A stretch of 64,000 nucleotides of DNA from Ostreococcus lucimarinus (lineage: Eukaryota), in assembly GCA_000092065.1 (NCBI GenBank), contig CP000594.1; one strand, given 5' to 3'. Shown here one piece after another: positions 50,606 to 61,369 of this stretch. Within the stretch, counting starts at the first letter, position 1. The number at the start of each line of letters is the position of its first letter. Below the pieces are notes generated by a model. That model worked only from the letters and a program-made list of their open reading frames with translations. It ran no database searches and was not told the DNA's origin. The position numbers were made by a program, and so were the translations under genes.

Positions 50606-52852
50606 ATGTCCCTCCACGCCGCCCGCGATGAGATCGCGTGCGCGACGTGCCGCGCTCGCGGTGCGGCCTCCTTCGCGCCCTCCGACGCCGGCTTCTACGT
50701 CTGCGTGCGCTGCGGGACGCAGAGCCAAACGCAAATCGCAAATCTCGCCGAGATTGGGCTCGAGGACGCGGACGACGGCGACGCGTTCGTCCCGGGCGCG
50801 GGACGCGTGAGCGGACGAAGCCTGCGCGCGCGCCGCGCGAAGAGCGCGCGCAAAAGCGCGACGCGGGCGGGGAAGCGGGCGCGAGACGCGGCGCGCGACC
50901 CCGGGACGGCGGCGGAGGCGTACGCGCGCGCGTTTCAGGCGGTGTTGATGACGCAGACGCGCGCGGTGGCGACGCTGATGGACGACGCGCGAGACGCGAG
51001 CGAAAAAGGATTGGAAAACGCGGTGCGAGACGTGTGGGGACGGTATCTGCGAGCGAGCGGGACGCTCGAGCGCGAGAGCGGAGGGACGACGACGACGACG
51101 GCGAGCGGCGAGGCGGACGACGGCGACGAAGACGAACGGACGAAATCGACGACGGCGCGGTTCGTCAAGGATCGATTGCCGATGGTGATGAGCTTGGGAC
51201 TGTTGTATTTGGCGTTGGCGCGGCGCCGCGCGGCGATTTTGCCGTTTGAGCTCGCGAAGATGGCGGCGGAGGGATCGTTGCCGTACTTGAACGTGTACGA
51301 CGTCGTTCACGAGCACTGCGGCGAGAACACCGTGGAGCTTCTTCCGTCGGATGAAATATTTCTGTTCGAGCATCCGAAGAGGATACCCACGCCGCAGCGC
51401 ATCGTCGCGGCGGCGGCGTTCGCGGCGGCGAAAATTGACGCGCAGTTGCCGCCGATTAACGCAGCGGCGATATTGACGCGATACGTGGGAACGCTGTTCA
51501 ATTTGGACTCGCAAGTATTACACGCAGCGCGTAGAACGCTTTCGGTTTACTTGTCGCCAGCTTTACGATACGGCGCGAAAAATGTCGTCGGCGCGCCCGA
51601 GTCGGCGCTCCTGGCGTACGTCGTCGTGGCGCTGAAGTTTTTGTACGGTTTAGACGGGAGAACGCACACGCAAGCGCGCGTTCAAATTTCGCGTAATGGT
51701 GTTCTGGGTAAAATCGTTCGTCCATCGATCCAGGGCGTGTCTCCGGGTGGATGGAGCGCTTGGGCGCGCGGCGTCGGGGCTTTGGGCGCGCCGGCGCTGC
51801 CGTGGAGCGAGGACTACGTGTCAAAGCTCGACGATTGCGACAAGGATCGTCACATTCGATTCGCTTATCACAGACTATTGAGCGGTCGTATTATGCCGTT
51901 TCCATTCAACAGAATCGAAGAGAAACTGTTGAAAGTCGTACCACCGACGAGATTGAACGCCGACGCGTCGGTGCCGGCGCCGCCACCGCCGCCGGCGCCG
52001 TCCACGACGGATCCTCAGCTCGAGTGTTTGAAAGCAAAACACGCGCTCGCCGAGTCATACGAGACGCGTGTGCGCGTTCACTGCGCGCATGCCGTCATCG
52101 ACGAGCTCAGGCTCGCGAACCCAGAGGTGGGTGTTGACTTCAATAATGAGCTTCGACGCGCGTGCGTGCGATCGGTGCGTCTTCGCGCGGGCGGTCTCGC
52201 GCTGCGTCACGTCACCGATGAACGCGCGAGCTCACTCATCGCTCGCAATGTGAACATTTTCATGCACGAGAAGGAAGAAAGTATTGTGCACGCGGTCGGC
52301 GGCCAGCAGATTATCTCACGCATGCGATTAGATTCGCTGGTGCGCCGTGTTCTCGCGGCGACTTTCAAGTCGGACGACGCGTTCGACGGCGCCCTAGCCA
52401 AGAGATTGATACGAACGATTTTAAAGGCCGTGGAAACCGAGGATCCGGATTTGAACGCAGAATTTACCAACAATGAACGAATCTCGTACATTAAGGAGAC
52501 GATCAGTGACTTGGCTCGCGAGCAAGAGCACTTGAACGCCGTGTTGCGACTCGATCCCGATTGGAAAGGTTACGACGACGGCTCCGAGCGCACCGCCAAA
52601 ATCATCGATGAGCACATCTGTGTGCGCACCGCTGGATCGTACTTACCCGCGGCGAGCGCGAACAACGTATTCGACGCTTGCCCTGCGGAGTATGTGCAAA
52701 TCGTCGAAGCCTTGGCGCGTTTTGCGTGGATTAATCCCGAGGCGTTGCACGAGAGTGTCATGGAGCTCGAGCTCGTGTTACTCGGCGTCGAAAAAATGAT
52801 AGCTGTAGAGAAGACCAAGAATAAAAAGGCTTTGAAGAAACGCAAGCGTTAG
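50606..52852 (+). CDS. TFIIB-related RNA polymerase I initiation factor (Rrn7/TAF1B-like), 748 aa
   Basis: N-terminal zinc ribbon CATCRARGAASFAPSDAGFYVCVRCG followed by a large α-helical body. The size and architecture fit Rrn7/TAF1B rather than TFIIB or Brf1. ATG 50606 verified. Confidence 0.45.
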   Translation: MSLHAARDEIACATCRARGAASFAPSDAGFYVCVRCGTQSQTQIANLAEIGLEDADDGDAFVPGAGRVSGRSLRARRAKSARKSATRAGKRARDAARDPGTAAEAYARAFQAVLMTQTRAVATLMDDARDASEKGLENAVRDVWGRYLRASGTLERESGGTTTTTASGEADDGDEDERTKSTTARFVKDRLPMVMSLGLLYLALARRRAAILPFELAKMAAEGSLPYLNVYDVVHEHCGENTVELLPSDEIFLFEHPKRIPTPQRIVAAAAFAAAKIDAQLPPINAAAILTRYVGTLFNLDSQVLHAARRTLSVYLSPALRYGAKNVVGAPESALLAYVVVALKFLYGLDGRTHTQARVQISRNGVLGKIVRPSIQGVSPGGWSAWARGVGALGAPALPWSEDYVSKLDDCDKDRHIRFAYHRLLSGRIMPFPFNRIEEKLLKVVPPTRLNADASVPAPPPPPAPSTTDPQLECLKAKHALAESYETRVRVHCAHAVIDELRLANPEVGVDFNNELRRACVRSVRLRAGGLALRHVTDERASSLIARNVNIFMHEKEESIVHAVGGQQIISRMRLDSLVRRVLAATFKSDDAFDGALAKRLIRTILKAVETEDPDLNAEFTNNERISYIKETISDLAREQEHLNAVLRLDPDWKGYDDGSERTAKIIDEHICVRTAGSYLPAASANNVFDACPAEYVQIVEALARFAWINPEALHESVMELELVLLGVEKMIAVEKTKNKKALKKRKR

Positions 52853-52902
52853 CAAATATTGGCTTGCTAGTACATTAGAATAGTTGTTACAATAGATTAG
52901 AC

Positions 52903-54375
52903 TCAAAGTTGCGCGCCAAACTTGACTCCGACGCCGGGCTTCCAAGTCTTCGCGCTCTCCGCGCGTGCTAATTTGGCCTGCGCTTTGAGCTTTTCGACGT
53001 AATTCCTCGGTGACTCTACCGCGTTCGCGTCTCCTCTATGACTCCCTACGCTCGGTGGTGGGGCGAACCCATAGTCATCCTCATCGCTGTAAATTGATTT
53101 GGCTTGCGCCGGCGAGCGCTCGTGCCAAACGCGGCGATTCGTCGCCGGCGTCGAGGGCGAGCGTCGCACCGGGAACGGACTACCAGCAGAGGCGTGGTCA
53201 TCGCTCACACCACCCTCGTCTTCAAAAACAGTCTTCAATCCGAGTCGTTCGAGCTTTTCATTCGTGCTCATCTCACCCACTGACTTGAGCAAATCGGAGC
53301 GCAGGACTGACGTGACGAGTTTCGGTGGCTTTTCCGGCGACGTCGGTGTTGATCCCTCGCCGTTGTTGCTCACATTTTCAAACTTCACGCGCATCTCGCG
53401 CGAATTTTTATTCTTAGGATTGAGTATCGTCCCCGCACTGCTCGAGCGCTCCGAGCGAGCGCTCTTTGAGTGTCTGTCACCCGCCCACGAACTCCCTCGT
53501 TCCTCCCAAGGCGCGACTGGTTTCAACTTTAAGTTGTCCACGCGGAAGCCCAAGTCATTAATTTCGTCCCGCACGCGCTCGGCTGTCGACCCAGCGCGTT
53601 CGGCGACGGCGAGAAGTTTATCTAATTGCGTCTCGTACGAATCCTTACCCTCTGCGATCCACCGGTTGGCGTCTTTTTGTCTCTCCGTCGACCGCGGCGG
53701 CAGCTTGATTCGCAAGCTCGATCGCGGCGTCACGACTTCCGGGAGTCTCTGGTCGTCGTCTTCCTCGTCCCGTCTCGGTTTCTCTTGCACCACCGCCGCC
53801 GCTCGGGCTTGTTTTCGCAACTCACGCCTCGCCCGTCGCGCCGCCGTCTCCCTATCCACCGGCGGACGCGCCGCCGGCGTCGATTCCTCCTCGTCGCTCT
53901 TGTTGTACGCGTCCACGTCCGCGGTCGAGGCCTTCGTCGCGCGCGCTCTCCTCGACCTCGACCCCGACGACGTCGACGCCCCACCGCCGCGATACGGCCG
54001 CTCCTTCATCGTCTCCGACGACCATCCCGCGCCGGTTTTCGACGACGCCGGCAGCGTCGCCTCCAGCGCGCGTCTCAGCGCCTCGATCGTCGCCGCCTCC
54101 TCTTCGCGCGCCGCCTCCGCCTCTACCTCCGACGCCCTCTCCTCCTCTTCCCGCGCCGTCTCTTCGACCTCCGGCGCGTCGGCGACGACCGCGACCTCCC
54201 CTCGCGCCTCGCCGTCCCGCGCGCCGCGCGTCGTCGCCGCCGCGTCCTCCTCACCCGCCGCGTCCGCGCCCCCCTCGTCGCCCGTCGACGCGCTCGACGT
54301 CACCGACGGCGTCCTCGACACCACCACGATCGTTCGCGTCGGTTCGCTCGCGTCTTTCGAGGCACACGCGCCCAT
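52903..54375 (-). CDS. Hypothetical protein with an N-myristoylation-type start (MGACASK...), acidic and Ser-rich, 490 aa
   Basis: First ATG 54375 gives MGACASKDAS (the MGxxxS/T consensus). The upstream part of ORF 52903..54702 is Arg-rich artefact. No recognisable catalytic domain. Confidence 0.5.
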   Translation of the reverse strand: MGACASKDASEPTRTIVVVSRTPSVTSSASTGDEGGADAAGEEDAAATTRGARDGEARGEVAVVADAPEVEETAREEEERASEVEAEAAREEEAATIEALRRALEATLPASSKTGAGWSSETMKERPYRGGGASTSSGSRSRRARATKASTADVDAYNKSDEEESTPAARPPVDRETAARRARRELRKQARAAAVVQEKPRRDEEDDDQRLPEVVTPRSSLRIKLPPRSTERQKDANRWIAEGKDSYETQLDKLLAVAERAGSTAERVRDEINDLGFRVDNLKLKPVAPWEERGSSWAGDRHSKSARSERSSSAGTILNPKNKNSREMRVKFENVSNNGEGSTPTSPEKPPKLVTSVLRSDLLKSVGEMSTNEKLERLGLKTVFEDEGGVSDDHASAGSPFPVRRSPSTPATNRRVWHERSPAQAKSIYSDEDDYGFAPPPSVGSHRGDANAVESPRNYVEKLKAQAKLARAESAKTWKPGVGVKFGAQL

Positions 54376-54647
54376 CGCGCGCCGAGATATTTCTCGCGCG
54401 TCGGACGCCCCGCGGATTGATCGCCCTCGCGTCGCGCGCGCGCGCGCGTTCGCGCCACCGCGCGTCGCGCTCGCCGCCGCGAATTTCGGGTCGTCGCGTC
54501 GCGCCGTCGCGATCGCGTCGCTTCGCGTCGCGCGCCGCGCCCGCGCGCCGCGAAGTCCCGCGCCGCGTCGTCGCGACCGCGGCCGCGCGCGACGTGCATA
54601 AATAAAACCACACCGAACCCTAGCGTATACTAACCAACGCGAACCCC

Positions 54648-56951
54648 ATGAACCGCACGGATTCAAACGTCGCGGCGCCGGCCGCCGCGCGCGCGTCCGC
54701 ACGCCGCGACGCGCTCGCCGCGCGCGCGCTCGGCGCCGCCCGCGCGGCGAATCGGCGAATTCGCGAATTCCCCCGTCATCCCGCGCTCGATTCGCGCGCG
54801 ATGTCGCCGGTGTCGCCGCTCGAGCGCACCGACGGCGCGCGCGCGCTCGAGTCCGTCACCGCGAGCGCGATCGACGACGCGCTCGCCGACGCGGCGCTCG
54901 ACGCGGGCGGTGGAGGGACGACGGAGGAAAAGGCCGCGCGTCACGACGGGACGATCGGCGCGCGCGTCGTCGGCCACGGCACGCGCGTCGGGTCGCCCGG
55001 GGGCGGGAGCGGGCTCATCAAGGATGCGCTGCGACTGGTGACGAAGAAGACGAGGGACGGCGCGACGCGGGCGGAGATCGCGCGCGTGGACGAACAGCTG
55101 AGCTTTGATAAGGGGTTTTATCTGACGATACGCGCGATACAGCTGCTGAAGGCGTCGGCGCCGGAGAGGACGATCGTGGTGGGCGTCGCGGGGCCGAGCG
55201 GGGCGGGCAAGACGGTGTTCACGAGTAAGATTCAAGAGTTCATGCCGGGAGCGGTGACGCTGTCGATGGACATGTACAACGACTCGAGCATGCTGCTGGA
55301 GGGGAACTTTGACGATCCGAGGTTGACGGATTACGCGTGCCTGTTGGAGAATTTGAAAGGGTTGAAGAACGGGGAGACGGTGGAGACGCCGGTGTACGAT
55401 TACAAGGAGAGTAAACGGACGGGTTACGTGACGGTGCCGTGTCCAGCGTCCAAGGTTGTGATTTTAGAGGGTATATACGCGTTGAACGAAAAGCTACGAC
55501 CGATGTTGGACCTCAGGGTGAGCGTCACGGGAGGGGTGCACTTTGATTTGGTCAAGCGCGTTTTGCGCGACATTAATCGAAGCGGTCAGGCGCCGGAGAG
55601 CATCATTCACCAAATTAGCGAGACGGTGTATCCGATGTACAAGGCGTTCATCGAGCCCGATCTTCGCACCGCGCATTTGAAGGTGGTGAACTCGTTCAAC
55701 CCGTTCGCTGGGTTTCAAGATCCGACGTATATTTTGAAATCCGACCGCGTCCCCGACGAGGCGCGCATCCACGCCGTCTTGGGCAAGGATTGCCAAGTCA
55801 CGGACGAAATCGAGACGGCGGATATTTATCTGTTGCCCCCGAACGAAGACCCCGAGACGTGCACTTCTTGGCTCAGAATGCGTAATCGCGACGGGCACTA
55901 CACGCTAATGTTCGCCGAGACGGTGACGGATGGGCCGATTATGATTTCGCCGCGCATCAAGTTTGAAGTCGGCGTTCGCATTCTCGGCGGTCTCATGGCC
56001 CTCGGCTACGTCGTCGGCGCCATCATGAAACGTCGAAGCAAAGAGTACAGCGACGACTTACTGACGATCAAGGTCGATTGGGTCGAAGGCCTCGATCGAT
56101 CCTTTGTTCAAGTGCAAGGGCGCCTGCGCTCCGCGGTGGAGGAGGCGGGGAAAAAGCTCGGTCTCAACGGCACCTACATCGCGCACTCCTACATCGAACA
56201 AGTTCAGCTTGAGCAGCTCACGAAAGAGCTCTCATCGCTCACGGATGACTTGAAGGAACGATTCCCGATCACGGAGGCCATGCTGACGTCCAACACCGAG
56301 GCTTCGGACACGTCGAGCGACGAGGTCGGATCGCCGCACAGCGCCAACGGTCACAGTCGGCGTCGCTCGTCGCCCGGGGGAAGCGACAGCGGTGGCCGGC
56401 CGCCGCACCCGCCCCGTCCTCGCTCCGCCGCGCCCGCGAACTGGGGTGGCTACGGTCTCGACGGTCCGGGAGATACGACATTTTACACGCCGCCGCCGCG
56501 AAGCTTGAGCCGCGGCCCGAGCCGCAACGGCAAGTCGTACGACATGGACCGCATGGCGAGCCCGAGCCGTCGCCGCACGAGCCCGAGTGATAAGCGCACG
56601 TCACCGAACGCCTCGCGCGAAAACCTCAACGCGCACGGTTTGGAGATGAAGTTTGATTGGCTCGCCAACCGCGTCGAAAAGCTCGGCGAGCTCCAACGCC
56701 AAGCCTCCATGGAAACCATCTCCGCGAGCGATCAAATGATCACCACTCCCGGCGGTTCTCGCATCAAAGAGTCCGACCTTCTCATCCGTGAGCTCCAATC
56801 GCTCACCGCCAAGGTCGACGCCTTATCGACGAGCTTCCACAAGCAACAACTCGACCTCTCTCGCGTCGAGTCGCGCCAATTCGTCGGTTTCGCCCTCGCC
56901 GGCGCCGCGTGCGTCTGCGCCGCCTTTCTCGCCGGCGCCACCCGTCGATGA
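54648..56951 (+). CDS. Uridine-kinase/phosphoribulokinase-family + CYTH (triphosphate tunnel) protein with a C-terminal tail anchor (plant TTM1/TTM2-like)
   Basis: P-loop VVGVAGPSGAGKTVFTSKI..., UK/PRK core (VILEGIYALNEKLRPMLDLRVSVTGGVHFDLVKR), a middle CYTH-like region, a coiled coil, and a terminal TM FVGFALAGAACVCAAFLAGA. ATG 54648 verified. Confidence 0.65.
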   Translation: MNRTDSNVAAPAAARASARRDALAARALGAARAANRRIREFPRHPALDSRAMSPVSPLERTDGARALESVTASAIDDALADAALDAGGGGTTEEKAARHDGTIGARVVGHGTRVGSPGGGSGLIKDALRLVTKKTRDGATRAEIARVDEQLSFDKGFYLTIRAIQLLKASAPERTIVVGVAGPSGAGKTVFTSKIQEFMPGAVTLSMDMYNDSSMLLEGNFDDPRLTDYACLLENLKGLKNGETVETPVYDYKESKRTGYVTVPCPASKVVILEGIYALNEKLRPMLDLRVSVTGGVHFDLVKRVLRDINRSGQAPESIIHQISETVYPMYKAFIEPDLRTAHLKVVNSFNPFAGFQDPTYILKSDRVPDEARIHAVLGKDCQVTDEIETADIYLLPPNEDPETCTSWLRMRNRDGHYTLMFAETVTDGPIMISPRIKFEVGVRILGGLMALGYVVGAIMKRRSKEYSDDLLTIKVDWVEGLDRSFVQVQGRLRSAVEEAGKKLGLNGTYIAHSYIEQVQLEQLTKELSSLTDDLKERFPITEAMLTSNTEASDTSSDEVGSPHSANGHSRRRSSPGGSDSGGRPPHPPRPRSAAPANWGGYGLDGPGDTTFYTPPPRSLSRGPSRNGKSYDMDRMASPSRRRTSPSDKRTSPNASRENLNAHGLEMKFDWLANRVEKLGELQRQASMETISASDQMITTPGGSRIKESDLLIRELQSLTAKVDALSTSFHKQQLDLSRVESRQFVGFALAGAACVCAAFLAGATRR

Positions 56952-57161
56952 CGTCGTCATCGTCGCCCTCGACGTCCGCGCCTCGACGCTCGACGCTCGT
57001 TCGCTCGTTCGTTCCTCCGCGCGCCGACGGCGCGCCTGTAATCAATGTCTCACTCACGAAATGACCGAAAATCACACCCGCGCGCGCGCCAACCGCGAAA
57101 ATCACCCCTCGCGCGCGCGTCCTCGACGCGGCGTCACCCCGCGACGCGCGACACGCACACG

Positions 57162-57536
57162 ATGTTCGCCGCCGCGCAGACCCGCGCGCAATTCACGCCG
57201 TCCGCCCTCGCGCGCGCGCCCCGCGCGACGTCCGCGCGTCGCGCCCGCGCGCCGCTCGCCGTCGTCGCCGCCGCGCAAACCCTCGAGGGCGTCGTCGTCG
57301 CGCGCTCGGGCGCGAAATCGAAAACCCTGCGCGTCGATCGCAAGGTGCCGCACCCGAAGTACGTGAAGCGCATGAACGTGAGCAAAAAATTCATGTTTCA
57401 CGACGCCGCGGAGGCGTGCAAGGTGGGCGATCGCGTGGTGATCGAGGCGTGTCGACCGATGTCGAAGGCGAAAAAGTTTACGCTCAAGGAGGTGGTGTAC
57501 GCGTGCCAGGTCGACGTGGATTGCGTCGTGGCGTGA
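57162..57536 (+). CDS. RPS17: Plastid 30S ribosomal protein S17 (uS17c), nuclear-encoded
   Basis: Mature part TLEGVVVARSGAKSKTLRVDRKVPHPKYVKRMNVSKKFMFHDAAEACKVGDRVVIEACRPMSKAKKFTLKEVV matches uS17. N-terminus MFAAAQTRAQFTPSALARAPRATSARRARAPLAVVAAAQ is a transit peptide. An in-frame upstream ATG at 57045 is less likely. Confidence 0.8.
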   Translation: MFAAAQTRAQFTPSALARAPRATSARRARAPLAVVAAAQTLEGVVVARSGAKSKTLRVDRKVPHPKYVKRMNVSKKFMFHDAAEACKVGDRVVIEACRPMSKAKKFTLKEVVYACQVDVDCVVA

Positions 57537-57764
57537 TGGACTCGCGGCGGATGGCGCGCGCGCGCGTTTACGTAAGATTTATGCGGAGGGCGTTCGGGAG
57601 GACGGCGGCGCGCGATCGGTCGGCGCGGCGCGAAGATGAAATGAAACCCTAAAGCCTCAAATTTAGATAGAGCTCGCCGCGCGAGCTCCTAGCTTGTAAG
57701 ATGATTGATTCTTTCATGATGAATGCGAATCGAGGGCGAGCTAATAGAATCCGCGCGATGGTGG

Positions 57765-60700
57765 CTAACGCGTGCGCAAGACGCCGCGAGCGACGGTGAG
57801 GAAATCGGCGAGGTTGCGACGGAAGCGACGCTTGTTGACGCGGTCGACGCCCTCGGCGAGGCCGTTGGCGCTCGTGAGGGCGACGAAGGCGTTTTGGAGT
57901 AAATCGACGCTTCGTGGCTCGTCGGCGACGGCGGAGATGAAGGCAGAGGCGAGATTTTGGAACGCCGGGCGCTCGTGGAGGATGATGGGGAGGAGTGCGT
58001 CGGCGGCTTCGTCGACGAGATTGAAGACGGCTTCCTCGTAGACGAGACGGTGGAACAAGAGGCGCATGAGATGGGCGAGGATGGACACGCCCTCGGCGTT
58101 AGGGGCCATGTGTGCGCCTAAACCGATGGTTTGTGTCTTCGCACTGTTGCATTGGAACGTGGCCAGGGCGCCGAGCGCAGTCATGCTCTCCTTACTCACC
58201 GTCTCGTCGGCGTGCTTCAAGCCGAATTCGAGCGTCGACATGAGGGTGCCGAATAAGTCGGGCGCTAGCTGCGCGACTTTTTTGGGGTAGGCCTCGAGCA
58301 TGTACGCCAAAAGCTCGAAATATTGTCTGCAAAGCTTGGGGAACTTGAGCAATTCATCCGTGATGAGCGGGATGACGGCGTTCAAACCGGCGAAGACGAC
58401 GCGAGCGATGTCGATTTGTTCCGCGAGCGCCGCCGCCTGGTCGGGCGGCGCGCTCTCGATGATGGCGTCGTGTAAGTTTCCGCTCGACATGTGCGTGAGC
58501 ATGCGCAATAGCGCGCGAACTTCTTTATACGCCTCTTTTACCGCCTCTTGACTCAATAGCGCGCCGGCTTCCGACTTGACGGCGCCGCGGCCGGATTTCG
58601 CGTACGTCTCCACCACGCGCAGGCAATACCGACACACCCAATCCACTTGTTGGGCGTTGAGATACGGCGAGTTGGCCTCGACGAACTCCTCGGTCAGGCG
58701 CAGCAATAGCTTCATCACTCGTCCTAAATCTTTCGCGAGCGTTTGCAAATTTAGCAAGTGATCGACGGCTGCGACGAAAAAGTTGAAAACCGCCGGTTGG
58801 CTCTTTCCATTCGTCGATCGCACGACGCCTCGCAACGCCTCGAGCGCGGCGCACGCTCGAGCCTCGCCTTCGGGGTGATGTAAACCCTCACGATCGACGC
58901 TTACCGCGGCGATGACTTCGCCCGGGGGCGTGATGAGGGCGTTCACATACGCCTCGCACTGCGCGGGATCAATCACGCTCGCGGCGACGCGCCCGACGCA
59001 CTCGCTCAAACCGCGATGGACTTCGGGCGGGAACGCGACGACGCCGCGCTCATGATGCGCCCCAGCGCACGCCTGACGCAACGCATCCCACGAAGGCATG
59101 TTTACTAAGTGCTTCAACAGCGTCTTTCGTCGCGTGAGCACGGGAAACAACACGAATCCGATTGTTTTTTGTAAACTCGTCTCCCCCGGCCAATCGCTGA
59201 GCGCCTTGACGCCGATTTGCACGAGCGCGTCGAGCGCCTCCACGCCACCGTTTCTTTCGCTGAACATTCCCCCACCGTTCTCAGCGAGCTTGTTCGCGAT
59301 GTCAGCACCTCGTCGCACGCCTCCAGCGGCGGCGTACACCGCAGCGTGTAAGCTACCGCCGGAATCCTCTGGAATCAAATACGTATCCGCCCAACGCGCG
59401 AGCGCCCACACGACGGTTTCGAGCAGGCGAGGCGACAGCGCGCCGCGCGCGTTGGCGTCGAGCGCCAAGCAACCGAAATCGATCAACGCTCGCGCGAGTT
59501 CCACTACGCAGTTTGGTGCGCCTGGTGCCGTGGCTGCGGACGCCGCAGCGAGGGAGTCTGGTGGAATCGGCGTTTCGCCGTCGCCGTCATCCGCGAGCAC
59601 GTGCGCAGCCAGGCGCGTCAGCCACCATAATTCCTCCAACAACTCACTCGGATCTTGACCGCTCGCCATGCACGCGGGAAGCGAGTTTCGCTTTTCAACT
59701 AAAACGTGCTGCAGCGTCGGTAAAGTCGTCGTGGGATGCGCGCGCAAGACTTGGGCGGCGAGTTCGAGTCTCGCGTCGAGCGCCGCCGCCCCGGCTTGGC
59801 CCTCCTCTTCGTGCCCATCGTCCTCTTCGTGCGCGCCCTCGCGCGCGGCTTTCAACCCAGCGACGACGTAAGCGTGCGAAATATTTGCCGCTCCTTCTAA
59901 AACCGCGCTCGGAACCGCCGTTTCCACGCCTCCCGGCGCGCTCATGCCCTTGTTCACCAACGACGCCCACGCCTCGAGGAGCATCTTTAAACAATCATCC
60001 GTCACCGTGCCCTCGCACTGCACCGACAGCGCGTCTTGATTCAAGCACTCTAACGTGAGCTCGCCGAGTAAGTCTAGCGCGGTACGCTCGTTCAACTCCG
60101 GACCGAGCGATAAACTCGCGAAATCGTTGGCGTCGTGCACGAGCGCCAACGCGGACATGGAGCGGCAGCCGTCGATGAGGGCGTCTTCTCCGTGCCCCTC
60201 CAACGCCGCGCGCACGCTCGTCGCAGCCGGTAAGAGATACTTGGCGATCGCGCGCGCGCATCGCACGAAATGGCCCTGTCTCAGGCTATCGTCCGCATCC
60301 CGCGGGGGAAACACGCATCCACTGAGCGTGCAGAGCGCGCTCAGCGTCTTGCGACTCGCCGCGGCGACGCGCTTCGCCTCGACGCCTCCGCCCGCCAACA
60401 CCGCACTCTCCGCCCCAGCGTGCAAGTCGAACAACCAATCCAGCGCGCCTGGATTCAACAACACATCCCTCCACTCCATTCCCGGCGTGAGCTTCACGAA
60501 CGCGTTCGCCGCGCTCTCCGAGCTCGGAAACGCCCGTCCCCGAAACCCGTAACTCACGTCTCTATTAAAATCCCAACTCAACACCGCGTTCATCAACCGC
60601 AGCGCCGCCGCGCACGCCCCCCGATCGCTCCCATCGCTCACCCTCCCCGTCTCCACGCACCGTCTCGCCGCTTCGCACCCGTGCGCGAAGAACGGTTTCA

Positions 60701-61265
60701 AAAAATGTTTCTCCGCGCTCGCTCGACATCCTTCGTGCCGCTCCCACGTCGTCCCCAGTTCGCTCGCCGTCCCCGGCGCGAACTCGCTCACGATCGCCGC
60801 GAACACCTCCAGTCCCATCGTCTCCGCGTCCGATTCCCCCTTCGACGATTCCATCTTCGCCCGCACCTCGCGTTCGCACGCCCCCAGCGTCGCCATCTTC
60901 GTCGCGTCGTCCGCGTCCACCGCCGCGCGCTTCACCAGCGTCGCGCAGCACGCCGTCATCTGATTCCTCACCGCCCTCGCCGCGCCCTCCGCGTCCAGCG
61001 TCCATCGCAGCGCGAACGCGCGACACTCCTCGCGCTCGCTCGCGCGCATCGCGCCCCAGTCTCGCAGCGTCGCGTCGCGAAAGCACCGCGCGGCGTGAAA
61101 CTGGCCGTCGGTCGAGCTCTCGCGCGGGCGTTCGAGGACGCCGCGCGCGATCGCGCGCGCGTCGCGCCGCGCGCGCAGCTCGAGCAGCGCGCGCTCGGCG
61201 TTCGCGCGCTCGGCGCCGCGCAGCGCCGTCGCCGCGGCGTCGAACGCGCGCGCGTCGGCGTCCAT
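57765..61265 (-). CDS. Importin-β-superfamily nuclear transport receptor (exportin-4/exportin-7-like), 1166 aa, single exon
   Basis: All-helical HEAT-like protein of exportin size. The N-terminal importin-N-like region is weakly recognisable. ATG 61265 verified. Confidence 0.5.
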   Translation of the reverse strand: MDADARAFDAAATALRGAERANAERALLELRARRDARAIARGVLERPRESSTDGQFHAARCFRDATLRDWGAMRASEREECRAFALRWTLDAEGAARAVRNQMTACCATLVKRAAVDADDATKMATLGACEREVRAKMESSKGESDAETMGLEVFAAIVSEFAPGTASELGTTWERHEGCRASAEKHFLKPFFAHGCEAARRCVETGRVSDGSDRGACAAALRLMNAVLSWDFNRDVSYGFRGRAFPSSESAANAFVKLTPGMEWRDVLLNPGALDWLFDLHAGAESAVLAGGGVEAKRVAAASRKTLSALCTLSGCVFPPRDADDSLRQGHFVRCARAIAKYLLPAATSVRAALEGHGEDALIDGCRSMSALALVHDANDFASLSLGPELNERTALDLLGELTLECLNQDALSVQCEGTVTDDCLKMLLEAWASLVNKGMSAPGGVETAVPSAVLEGAANISHAYVVAGLKAAREGAHEEDDGHEEEGQAGAAALDARLELAAQVLRAHPTTTLPTLQHVLVEKRNSLPACMASGQDPSELLEELWWLTRLAAHVLADDGDGETPIPPDSLAAASAATAPGAPNCVVELARALIDFGCLALDANARGALSPRLLETVVWALARWADTYLIPEDSGGSLHAAVYAAAGGVRRGADIANKLAENGGGMFSERNGGVEALDALVQIGVKALSDWPGETSLQKTIGFVLFPVLTRRKTLLKHLVNMPSWDALRQACAGAHHERGVVAFPPEVHRGLSECVGRVAASVIDPAQCEAYVNALITPPGEVIAAVSVDREGLHHPEGEARACAALEALRGVVRSTNGKSQPAVFNFFVAAVDHLLNLQTLAKDLGRVMKLLLRLTEEFVEANSPYLNAQQVDWVCRYCLRVVETYAKSGRGAVKSEAGALLSQEAVKEAYKEVRALLRMLTHMSSGNLHDAIIESAPPDQAAALAEQIDIARVVFAGLNAVIPLITDELLKFPKLCRQYFELLAYMLEAYPKKVAQLAPDLFGTLMSTLEFGLKHADETVSKESMTALGALATFQCNSAKTQTIGLGAHMAPNAEGVSILAHLMRLLFHRLVYEEAVFNLVDEAADALLPIILHERPAFQNLASAFISAVADEPRSVDLLQNAFVALTSANGLAEGVDRVNKRRFRRNLADFLTVARGVLRTR

Positions 61266-61369
61266 GCGTCGCGATGTGTCCCACGTAGAACTTAGGGTTT
61301 AGACAGTTTGCCGACACGACACCTCAACTGTCGAGCCTCGTCAGCACACTCCTCGGCGTGACACCGACG

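Noticed and set aside
57045-57161. In-frame upstream ATG extending the plastid RPS17 precursor by 39 aa
   Set aside because: The extension (MSHSRNDRKSHPRARQPRKSPLARASSTRRHPATRDTHT) is unlike a transit peptide, and the downstream ATG begins a typical one. The upstream ATG is kept as the less likely alternative.
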